A stretch of 64,000 bases of DNA from positions 1 to 64,000 of the forward strand of contig NW_027437452.1 of the NCBI RefSeq assembly GCF_964204645.1. The letters run 5' to 3'. A program made the position numbers and the translations under genes. Each line of letters opens with the position of its first letter. The first letter of the stretch is position 1. Positions 27,776 through 38,100 of the stretch are shown one piece after another. The notes beneath the pieces are model-generated. The model had not been told where the DNA came from and did not search any database. It worked only from the letters and a program-made list of their open reading frames with translations. The DNA comes from Tubulanus polymorphus (lineage: Eukaryota; Animalia; Nemertea).

Positions 27776-29908
27776 ATGGAGGATACTCAACTGAACCGGT
27801 CGACAATCACACGAACTGCAATCAGGCAGAAAGTTGATGATCTCGTCGTGAAATCGTCAACAATCGTCGAAGATTTTCGAACGACCGAAGACGATGTAGA
27901 TTTACTAAATATCTACATCGAGCAGATCACAGAAAAGTTAAGTCGACTAGAGAAGCTAGACTCGACGATCGAGGACCTAACTCCTTTAACGCATCTTTCG
28001 GACACAATTCAAGAAGCAGATGACTTCAGATCTAGCGTCATCGAAAAACGCGGCCGAATAATCCGATTTGTAGAAAAGGCGACGCACACAACGCAACCTC
28101 ATAATTCTTCGATGAACAATTCCGGTGCTTCTGCGACGCCATTTCGCCCGAACAAGGTAAATCTACCTAAACTTACGCTCGCAAAATTCGACGGCGATTT
28201 ACTCAAATGGCAGGAATTCATAGACGGATTCAATTCAGCGGTCAACGACGACCCGAATCTCGACGACGTCGTTAAGTTCCAATACTTACGCGCACAACTT
28301 AACGGCGAAGCTTACAGAGCGATCGAGGGTCTGGCCCTCACCGCGTCGAATTATGCGAACGCGCTTCAAGTACTGATAAAAAGGTATGGGCAACCGCAAA
28401 TCATTATCAGTGCATATATGCGAGCGTTATGGGAACTTTCGCGACCGACAGAAGACATGCAGAGTCTGATGGAATTTTCGGACAAACTGGAAACATATAT
28501 CCGAGGACTAAGTGCGCTCGGAAAAAACGAAGATAGCTACGGAGATTTGTTGACTCCGATTATCTTAGATAAACTGCCTGGGATGATACGACGACAGATA
28601 ACGAGGGATAATAACGGCGCGAATTGGAATCTCCAGTCGTTGCGAGATGCCCTTTCGAGAGAGATAACAGCGTTCCAGGCAGGAGTTTCAGTGTACCCAG
28701 AAACTGCTCACCTGGGTACCACGTCAGCGTTCCACGTGGGCAATGCGATCAAGAGAAAACCATTAAAATGTACATTTTGTAAAGGGACACATTTCGCGTC
28801 AGATTGTGTTCTTGTAACCGAACCAGAGAAACGCCTGGATATCGTTAAACGAGATAAACTTTGTTTTAATTGCATGGGCACTCATCGTTCTCGGGACTGT
28901 AAATCCAAGAACACATGTAAAAAGTGCAGAGGGAAACATCACACGTTACTATGTGGTTCCTCCCTTACAGAAACGCGCGAGATTTCTACGAAAGATCGAC
29001 CACAAAACGGAAGCAGAAGCGATTCTCACGATATAAAAACTGTTCATCAAACGTATGCCGGCGCCCAACAACCACGACCAGATGGGCCCATACTTCTTAA
29101 AACAGCTGTGGCGGAGATTTTTTCGCCATCAACTTCCGCTAATAACCGCTCGAATGGTCGTAAGATAAACATTTTACTGGACGAAGGCAGCCATAGATCG
29201 TTTATCACGACGCGAATTTCTGTCAGCTTAAATCTCCCACATCTGGGCCAAGAGGAAATCAATCTAGCGACGTTCGGAGAACAACTGGCCGGTCGGCGAT
29301 TACTTCACAGAACGAACTTTAACATCGCGTCATCAGAGGGTTCACCGATACTAATTGAAGCCCTCGTGATACCGACCATCTCCACGCCAATCAGCAATCT
29401 TGTAAACAATAAAGTTTTGGATCTTCCGCATCTGCGAAACCTAACTCTAGCGGAACAGCCATCATCAATAACCGGCGACTTTGATATCGATGTATTAATT
29501 GGCGCCGATTACTACTGGTCTATAGTCGGCGATAATACCGTGAAGGGCTACGGCCCGACTGCCGTTTCATCACGTATAGGGTATCTCTTATCAGGGCCCA
29601 TACCGAGCCACACCTTACTCACCGGAGTAAGGAATTCAACCGTTCTCAACGTATCTTGTGTGAGAAATATGGATCTCAATTCGCACCGCGGAGAGGAAGT
29701 CTCATTACAATCGTTTTGGGACTTAGAAACGATCGGCATCAAAGATGACGCTTCTTTGATAAAAAACCGTGGACTTGCTTATTCGGACTATATTAAAACC
29801 CATCTAACTGTTGATAGCGATGGACGCTATACTGCGAAACTACCTTGGAAAGAAAGCACACGAAATAATGAATTCTGCAGGCTTGGCCCTCAGAGCGTGG
29901 GCAACTAA
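27776..29908 (+). CDS. gag: BEL/Pao Gag-protease polyprotein, truncated by the RT deletion
   Basis: ORF 27758-29908 with first ATG at 27776. LPKLTLAKFDGDLLKWQEF gag motif; knuckles CTFCKGTHFASDC, CFNCMGTHRSRDC, CKKCRGKHHTLLC; protease ILLDEGSHRSFIT and DVLIGADYYW; FWDLETIGI and GRYTAKLPWK pre-RT motifs; frame lost just after LPWK. Confidence 0.92.
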   Translation: MEDTQLNRSTITRTAIRQKVDDLVVKSSTIVEDFRTTEDDVDLLNIYIEQITEKLSRLEKLDSTIEDLTPLTHLSDTIQEADDFRSSVIEKRGRIIRFVEKATHTTQPHNSSMNNSGASATPFRPNKVNLPKLTLAKFDGDLLKWQEFIDGFNSAVNDDPNLDDVVKFQYLRAQLNGEAYRAIEGLALTASNYANALQVLIKRYGQPQIIISAYMRALWELSRPTEDMQSLMEFSDKLETYIRGLSALGKNEDSYGDLLTPIILDKLPGMIRRQITRDNNGANWNLQSLRDALSREITAFQAGVSVYPETAHLGTTSAFHVGNAIKRKPLKCTFCKGTHFASDCVLVTEPEKRLDIVKRDKLCFNCMGTHRSRDCKSKNTCKKCRGKHHTLLCGSSLTETREISTKDRPQNGSRSDSHDIKTVHQTYAGAQQPRPDGPILLKTAVAEIFSPSTSANNRSNGRKINILLDEGSHRSFITTRISVSLNLPHLGQEEINLATFGEQLAGRRLLHRTNFNIASSEGSPILIEALVIPTISTPISNLVNNKVLDLPHLRNLTLAEQPSSITGDFDIDVLIGADYYWSIVGDNTVKGYGPTAVSSRIGYLLSGPIPSHTLLTGVRNSTVLNVSCVRNMDLNSHRGEEVSLQSFWDLETIGIKDDASLIKNRGLAYSDYIKTHLTVDSDGRYTAKLPWKESTRNNEFCRLGPQSVGN

Positions 29909-30020
29909 TTGCCAGAGACTGCGTAATTTGGCGAGCTCGGATGGAGTAGCCGAGTCGAAACCCATCGCGAACGTCCTCGGGATCCGATGGGACACTCATA
30001 ACGACACCCTTAGCATCTAA
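29853..30020 (+). pseudogene. Remnant of the RT C-terminal end and connection region
   Basis: KAHEIMNSAGLALRAWATN...NVLGIRWDTHNDTL is the Pao post-YxDD segment (AGxxLRxWxxN, VLGxxWD); no RT catalytic core precedes it. Confidence 0.85.
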
Positions 30021-30021
30021 T

Positions 30022-30525
30022 TTGTGGTGGTTTGGCCCCGAATGGCTGAAACATGGCGACTGGCCCGTGGATAAATTATACGCTGACACTAGTACAGTTA
30101 ATATCCTCCACATCAACGATCCTCAACCCGGGCAGGTTGAAGACGCGGAGGACGAACGGATTGGTTTGGTAGAAATAATCGACATTGAACGATTCATAGA
30201 GTTGGGATCATTATTACGTGTCACCGCTTACGTTTTCTTGTTTGTCGCGAAACTTCAACGCCAGACAGATCGGTCCGCCGCGGATATGACGCCGAATGAC
30301 ATAGCCCGAGCTAGAACGGCGTGGATTAAAGCTGTGCAAAATGCTAATTATTCGAATGAAATTTTCGTGCTGCAGGGTAATCATGCAAAATCGCGAGCGC
30401 CCCTGACAAAACAGCTAAGGTTGTTTATTGGCGATGATAGCTTGTTGAGAGTTGGAGGGAGACTCCATAACGCCCCGATTGATTATGGCGCGAAATTCCC
30501 AATATTACTACCCCCGAAAGGGTGA
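30022..30525 (+). pseudogene. pol fragment: post-RNase H linker to integrase
   Basis: WWFGPEWL, LLRVTAYV, GGRLHNA and PILLP are typical BEL/Pao motifs; RNase H catalytic motifs are absent upstream. Confidence 0.85.
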
Positions 30526-31306
30526 GTTAACTGTGATTGATGCTCACGCGAGAGCACTTCATTTGGGTACAGAATCAACGATTAACCGTATTCGACAAAC
30601 GTATTGGATTCAAAGTATCAGGAAAGTCGTTAAATCTCTGTTGCGAAAATGTTACAATTGCAAAATCATTAGTGGTCAGCCATACCCACTACCGGACCCT
30701 GCACCGTTGCAGAAGAGCAGGCTGACAGATGCCCCTCCCTTTACCGTAACGGGAGTGGATTTCACCGGACATTTGTTCGTGAGAGATAACAACAGAGAAG
30801 CGAAAGCGTATATAGTCTTGTTTACATGTGCGAACACACGTGCCGTTCATCTCGAGGTTGTTTCTGATATGTCGTGTGCCACATTTCTTCTCGCCTTCCG
30901 ACGTTTCGCCGCACGTCGATCCTTACCTCAAAAGTTGATAAGTGATAACGGATCGGCATTCGTGGCCGCGGCGGGAGAATTAAAGAAGCTTCTCGATATT
31001 CATTCGGTTCGAAAATACATGCTCGAGAAAAATGTTGAATGGGTATTTATACCAAAGGCCGCCCCATGGCATGGTGGCTTTTGGGAACGTTTAGTTGGAC
31101 TTACGAAACAAGTTCTGAAACGTGTTTTAGTCCGCGCATACATATCGATGTCTGAACTTATTACGCTCGTCGCGGAAATCGAAATGGCGATCAACAACCG
31201 CCCGCTTACGTATTTGTCCGATGACGTAACTGACCCAGAACCGCTAACACCATCGCACCACCTTCACGGACGAGTTATGTCGAATCGGAGTATGGTGTTT
31301 CGATAA
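30521..31306 (+). pseudogene. Integrase zinc finger and DDE core, frameshifted at both ends
   Basis: HARALH...CYNC (HHCC), GVDFTG, SDNGSAF, GGFWERLV, INNRPL, LTPSH; in a different frame from both flanking pol fragments. Confidence 0.9.
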
Positions 31307-31731
31307 ACACACAAAACCTCCAGAAACGCGCACAAAGAGTGATGGAACTCTTCGAACATTTTCGGTCTCGTTGGACCAACGAATACGTTATTGCGCTACG
31401 TGAACGACATCTGTCCATGCGAAATAATGGCAGAACAAGCGAGATTCGATCAGGAGACGTTGTACTCGTACACGACGACCAAAAACGTAGAATTAACTGG
31501 AAGCTTGCGATCGTAACGAAACTGAACTACGGGAACGACGGCGCAGTTCGTTCAGCAGAAATTAGAATGGGCACTACAAATACTAGCCGACCTATAAATA
31601 AACTGTTCCCGCTTGAAATTAACACCGATATGGACTTTAAAGAGCCTGGCCCCGTTATAGCCTCCGATCCGCGACCCGTGCGAAACGCAGCGCGAAAGGC
31701 TCGTGCAAAAATCGTCGAATGTTTGAAATAG
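31288..31731 (+). pseudogene. Integrase C-terminal region (BEL/Pao DUF5641-like)
   Basis: FRSRWTNEYVIALRE, GDVVLV, WKLAIV, GNDGAVRSA and RPINKLFPLE motifs; stop at 31731. Confidence 0.85.
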
Positions 31732-31891
31732 TTGCATAATAGTTACTATCAATGCCTGAATTTACTATTTAATCGTATTTTGAATTAACGTTTAGTTGTT
31801 TATTGATTTCCATAAGCTTTATTTACTTAATCCATTGTAATGATTAGTCATATATCTCTCCGTTCTTACTCTTTATTTGTTTACCTTTGTC

Positions 31892-31903
31892 GCCCCGGAG
31901 AAA
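31892..31903 (+). promoter_or_regulatory. Polypurine tract region
   Basis: GCCCCGGAGAAA directly abuts the 3' LTR; short purine run GGAGAAA. Confidence 0.65.
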
Positions 31904-32145
31904 TGTCGAGAACAGGATGTTTATGTAAATATGTCAGTAACCATATAGTGTTCACTCCCCCTTAGCCTATGTAGCGAATCATCATATATATTAGCATGCG
32001 CATGTGCAGTCGGGACAGGTGGTTAGCCTGTGTGTGACCGAAATAAACGAGTATCTTATGATCTGTAGACTGAACCCGTCGTGTTTTTAGTCTTTCTCTT
32101 CTTTTATCTCCGAACCTGGTCTTCTTTGTGACTCGCAACGCCACA
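31904..32145 (+). repeat. 3' LTR (242 bp)
   Basis: 239/242 identical to the 5' LTR; followed by TSD CGAAA and in-register resumption of the satellite. Confidence 0.97.
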
Positions 32146-35100
32146 CGAAATGTATCGAAATGTGCTTTTCCCGTCGATTTGAGCGCTTTTGCGCATCGAC
32201 AATTTCATTTTTTCGATACGGGGAAAACTTGATGAGAAAACGTCTTTTCTCGCGCTGAACGACGTTTTCGGGTTGAAATGTATCGAAATGTGCTTTTCCC
32301 GTCGATTTGAGCGCTTTTGCGTATCGACATTTTCATTTTTTCGATACTGGGAAAACTTGATGAGAAAACGTCTTTTCTCGCGCTGAACGACGTTTTTGGG
32401 TCAAAATGTGCTTTTCCCGTCGATGTGAGCGCTTTTGCGCATCGACATTTTCATTTTTTTCGATACGGGGAAAACTTGATAAGAAAACGTCTTTTCTAGC
32501 GCTGAACGATGTTTTCGGGTCGAAATGTATCGAAATGTGCTTTTCCCGTCGATTTGAGCGCTTTTGCGTATCGACATTTTCATTTTTTCGATACTGGGAA
32601 AACTTGATGAGAAAACGTCTTTTCTCGCGCTGAACGACGTTTTTGGGTCGAAATGTGCTTTTCCCGTCGATGTGAGCGCTTTTGCGCATCGACATTTTCA
32701 TTTTTTCGATACGTGGAAAACTCGATGAGAAAACGTCTTTTCTCGCGCTGACCGACGTTTTTGGGTCGAAATGTGTCGAAATGTGCTTTTCCCGTCGATT
32801 TGAGCGCTTTTGCGCATCGACAATTTCATTTTTTCGATACTGGGAAAACTTGATGAGAAAACGTCTTTTCTCGCGCTGAACGACGTTTTTGGGTCGAAAT
32901 GTGCTTTTCCTGTCGATGTGAGCGCTTTTGCGCATCGACATTTTCATTTTTTCGATACGTGGAAAACTCGATGAGAAAACGTCTTTTCTCGCGCTGAACG
33001 ACGTTTTTGGGTCGAAATGTGTCGAAATGTGCTTTTCCCGTCGATTTGAGCGCTTTTGCGCATCGACAATTTCATTTTTTCGATACGAGGAAAACTTGAT
33101 GAGAAAACGTCTTTTCTCGCGCTGAACGACGTTTCTGGGTCGAAATGTGCTTTTCCCGTCGATTTGAGCGCTTTTGCGCATCGACAATTTCATTTTTTCG
33201 ATACGGAGAAAACTTGATGAGAAAACGTCTTTTCTCGCGCTGAACGACGTTTTCGGGTCGAAATGTGCTTTTCCCGTCGATTTGAGCGCTTTTGCGCATC
33301 GACAATTTCATTTTTTCGATACGGAGAAAACTTGATGAGAAAACGTCTTTTCTCGCGCTGAACGACGTTTTCGGGTCGAAATGTGCTTTTCCCGTCGATT
33401 TGAGCGCTTTTGCGCATCGATATTTTCATTTTTTCGATACTGGGAAAACTTGATGAGAAAACGTCTTTTCTCGCGCTGAACGACGTTTTTGGGTCGAAAT
33501 GTGTCGAAATGTGCTTTTTCCGTCGATTTGAGCGCTTTTGCGCATCGACAATTTCATTTTTTCGATACGGAGAAAACTTGATGAGAAAACGTCTTTTCTC
33601 GCGCTGAACGACGTTTTCGGGTCGAAATGTGCTTTTTCAGTCGATTTGAGCGCTTTTGCGTATCGACATTTTCATTTTTTCGATACGGGGAAAACTTGAT
33701 GAGAAAACGTCTTTTCTCGCGCTGAACGACGTTTTCGGTTCGAAATGTGCTTTTTCCGTCGATTTGAGCGCTTTTGCGTATCGACATTTTCATTTTTTCG
33801 ATACTGGGAAAACTTGATGAGAAAACGTCTTTTCTCGCGCTGAACGACGTTTTCGGGTCGAAATGTATCGAAATGTGCTTTTCCGTTCGATTTGAGCGCT
33901 TTTGCGTATCGATATTTTCATTTTTTCGATACGGGGAAAACTTGATGAGAAAACGTCTTTCCTCGTGCTGAACGACGTTTACGGGTCGAAATGTGCTTTT
34001 CTCGTCGATTTGAGCGCTTTTGCGTATCGGCATTTTCATTTTTTCGATACGGGGAAAACTTGATGAGAAAACGTCTTTTCTAGCGCTGAACGACGTTTAC
34101 GGGTCGAAATGTGCTTTTCTCGTCGATTTGAGCGCTTTTGCGCTTCGACATTTTCATTTTTTCGATACGGGGAAAACTTGATGAGAAAACGTCTTTTCTC
34201 GCGCTGAATGACGTTTTCGGGTCGAAATGTATCGAAATGTGCTTTTCCCGTCGATTTGAGCGCTTTTGCGTATCGACATTTTCATTTTTTCGATACTGGG
34301 AAAACTTGATGAGAAAACGTCTTTTCTCCCGCTGAACGACGTTTTTGGGTCGAAATGTGCTTTTCCCGTCGATTTGAGCGCTTTTGCGCATCGACAATTT
34401 CATTTTTTCGATACGGAGAAAACTTGATGAGAAAACGTCTTTTCTCGCGCTGAACGACGTTTTCGGGTCGAAATGTGCTTTTCCCGTCGATTTGAGCGCT
34501 TTTGCGCATCGACAATTTCATTTTTTCGATACGGAGAAAACTTGATGAGAAAACGTCTTTTCTCGCGCTGAACGACGTTTTCGGGTCGAAATGTGCTTTT
34601 CCCGTCGATTTGAGCGCTTTTGCGTATCGATATTTTCATTTTTTCGATATGGGGAAGATCTGATGAAAAAACGTCTTTTCTCGCGCTTTACGACGTTTTC
34701 GGGTCGAAATGTGTCGAAAGGTGCTTTTCCCGTCGATTTGAGCGCCTTTGCGCGTCGACAATTTCATTTTTTCGATACGGGGAAAACTTGATGAGAAAAC
34801 GTCTTTTCTAGCGCTGAACGACGTTTACGGGTCGAAATGTGCTTTTCTCGTCGATTTGAGCGCTTTTGCGCTTCGACATTTTCATTTTTTCGATACGTGG
34901 AAAACTCGATGTGAAAACGTCTTTTCTCGCGCTTAACGACGTTTCTGGGTCGAAATGTGCTTTTCCCGTCGATTTGAGCGCTTTTGCGCATCGATATTTT
35001 CATTTTTTCGATACTGGGAAAACTTGATGAGAAAACGTCTTTTCTCGCGCTGAACGACGTTTTTGGGTCGAAATGTGTCGAAATGTGTTTTTTCCGTCGA

Positions 35101-38100
35101 TTTGAGCGCTTTTGCGCATCGACAATTTCATTTTTTCGATACGGGGAAAACTTGATGAGAAAACGTCTTTTCTAGCGCTGAACGACGTTTACGGGTCGAA
35201 ATGTGCTTTTCTCGTCGATTTGAGCGCTTTTGCGTATCGACATTTTCATTTTTTCGATACGGGGAAAACTTTATGAGAAAACGTCTTTTCTCGCGCTGAA
35301 CGACGTTTTCGGTTCGAAATGTGCTTTTCCCGTCGATTTGAGCGCTTTTGCGTATCGACATTTTCATTTTTTCGATACGGGGAAAACTTGATGAGAAAAC
35401 GTCTTTCCTCGTGCTGAACGACGTTTACGGGTCGAAATGTGCTTTTCTCGTCGATTTGAGCGCTTTTGCGCATCGATATTTTCATTTTTTCGATACTGGG
35501 AAAACTTGATGAGAAAACGTCTTTTCTCGCGCTGAACGACGTTTTTGGGTCGAAATGTGTCGAAATGTGCTTTTTCCGTCGATTTGAGCGCTTTTGCGCA
35601 TCGACAATTTCATTTTTTCGATACGGGGAAAACTTGATGAGAAAACGTCTTTTCTAGCGCTGAACGACGTTTACGGGTCGAAATGTGCTTTTCTCGTCGA
35701 TTTGAGCGCTTTTGCGTATCGACATTTTCATTTTTTCGATACGGGGAAAACTTGATGAGAAAACGTCTTTTCTCGCGCTTTACGACTGTTTCGGGTCGAA
35801 ATGTGTCGAAAGGTGCTTTTCCCGTCGATTTGAGCGCTTTTGCGCATCGACAATTTCATTTTTTCGATACGTGGAAAACTTGATGAGGAAACGTCTTTTC
35901 TCGCGCTGAACGACGTTTTTTGGTCGAAATGTGTCGAAATGTGCTTTTCCCGTCGATTTGAGCGCTTTTGCGCATCGACAATTTCATTTTTTCGATACGG
36001 GGAAAACTTGATGAGAAAACGTCTTTTCTCGCGCTGAACGACGTTTCTGGGTCGAAATGTGCTTTTCCCGTCGATTTGAGCGCTTTTGCGCATCGATATT
36101 TTCATTTTTTCGATATGGGGAAGATCTGATGAGAAAACGTCTTTTCTCGCGCTTATCGACGTTTTCGGGTCGAAATGTGCTTTTCCCGTCGATTTGAGCG
36201 CTTTTGCGTATCGGCATTTTCATTTTTTCGATACGGGGAAAACTTGATGAGAAAACGTCTTTTCTCGCACTGAACGACCTTTTTGGGTCGAAATGTGTCG
36301 AAATGTGCTTTTTCCGTCGATTTGAGCGCTTTTGCGCATCGACAATTTCATTTTTTCGATACGGAGAAAACTTGATGAGAAAACGTCTTTTCTCGCGCTG
36401 AACGACGTTTTCGGGTCGAAATGTATCGAAATGTGCTTTTCCGTTCGATTTGAGCGCTTTTGCGTATCGACATTTTCATTTTTTCGATACGGGGAAAACT
36501 TGATGAGAAAACGTCTTTTCTCGCGCTGAACGACGTTTTCGGTTCGAAATGTGCTTTTCCCGTCGATTTGAGCGCTTTTGCGTATCGACATTTTCATTTT
36601 TTCGATACTGGGAAAACTTGATGAGAAAACGTCTTTTCTCGCGCTGATCGACGTGTTCGGGTCGAAATGTATCGAAATGTGCTTTTCCGTTCGATTTGAG
36701 CGCTTTTGCGTATCGACATTTTCATTTTTTCGATACGGGGAAAATTTGATGAGAAAACGTCTTTCCTCGTGCTGAACGACGTTTACGGATCGAAATGTGC
36801 TTTTCTCGTCGATTTGAGCGCTTTTGCGTATCGGCATTTTCATTTTTTCGATACGGGGAAAACTTGATGAGAAAACGTCTTTTCTCGCGCTGAACGACGT
36901 TTCTGGGTCGAAATGTGCTTTTCCCGTCGATTTGAGCGCTTTTGCGCATCGATATTTTCATTTTTTCGATATGGGGAAGATCTGATGAGAAAACGTCTTT
37001 TCTCGCGCTTATCGACGTTTTCGGGTCGAATTTTCCGTCGATTTGAGCGCTTTTGCGCATCGACAATTTCATTTTTTCGATACGGAGAAAACTTGATGAG
37101 AAAACGTCTTTTCTCGCGCTGAACGACGTTTTCGGGTCGAAATGTGCTTTTTCAGTCGATTTGAGCGCTTTTGCGTATCGACATTTTCATTTTTTCGATA
37201 CGGGGAAAACTTGATGAGAAAACGTCTTTTCTCGCGCTGAACGACGTTTTCGGTTCGAAATGTGCTTTTTCCGTCGATTTGAGCGCTTTTGCGTATCGAC
37301 ATTTTCATTTTTTCGATACTGGGAAAACTTGATGAGAAAACGTCTTTTCTCGCGCTGAACGACGTTTTCGGGTCGAAATGTATCGAAATGTGCTTTTCCG
37401 TTCGATTTGAGCGCTTTTGCGTATCGATATTTTCATTTTTTCGATACGGGGAAAACTTGATGAGAAAACGTCTTTCCTCGTGCTGAACGACGTTTGCGGG
37501 TCGAAATGTGCTTTTCTCGTCGATTTGAGCGCTTTTGCGTATCGGCATTTTCATTTTTTCGATACGGGGAAAACTTGATGAGAAAACGTCTTTTTAGCGC
37601 TGAACGACGTTTACGGGTCGAAATGTGCTTTTCTCGTCGATTTGAGCGCTTTTGCGCTTCGACATTTTCATTTTTTCGATACGGGGAAAACTTGATGAGA
37701 AAACGTCTTTTCTCGCGCTGAATGACGTTTTCGGGTCGAAATGTATCGAAATGTGCTTTTCCCGTCGATTTGAGCGCTTTTGCGTATCGACATTTTCATT
37801 TTTTCGATACTGGGAAAACTTGATGAGAAAACGTCTTTTCTCCCGCTGAACGACGTTTTTGGGTCGAAATGTGCTTTTCCCGTCGATGTGAGCGCTTTTG
37901 CGCATCGACATTTTCATTTTTTCGATTCGGGGAAAACTTGATAAGAAAACTTCTTTTCTAGCGCTGAACGACGTTTTCGGGTCGAAATGTATCGAAATGT
38001 GCTTTTCCCGTCGATTTGAGCGCTTTTGCGTATCGACATTTTCATTTTTTCGATACTGGGAAAACTTGATGAGAAAACGTCTTTTCTCGCGCTGAACGAC

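Larger units (their letters stand above)
27508..32145 (+). mobile_element. BEL/Pao LTR retrotransposon, internally deleted (non-autonomous), 4,638 bp
   Basis: Two 242-bp TG...CA LTRs, 5-bp TSD CGAAA (27503-27507 and 32146-32150), PBS, PPT, Gag with three Cys/His knuckles, aspartic protease, Pao-type motifs (LPWK, VLGIRWD, WWFGPEWL, GGRL) and a DDE integrase placed last. Confidence 0.96.

Noticed and set aside
31901-31910. Resemblance of the PPT/LTR start (GAAATGTCGA) to the satellite (GAAATGTGTCGA) as homology-directed insertion or satellite origin
   Set aside because: The match is only a few bases, and the clean 5-bp TSD indicates ordinary integrase-mediated insertion.
27566-32144. Antisense ORFs in the LTRs and internal region of the BEL/Pao element
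   Set aside because: Short, motif-free shadows of the LTR or the coding strand.
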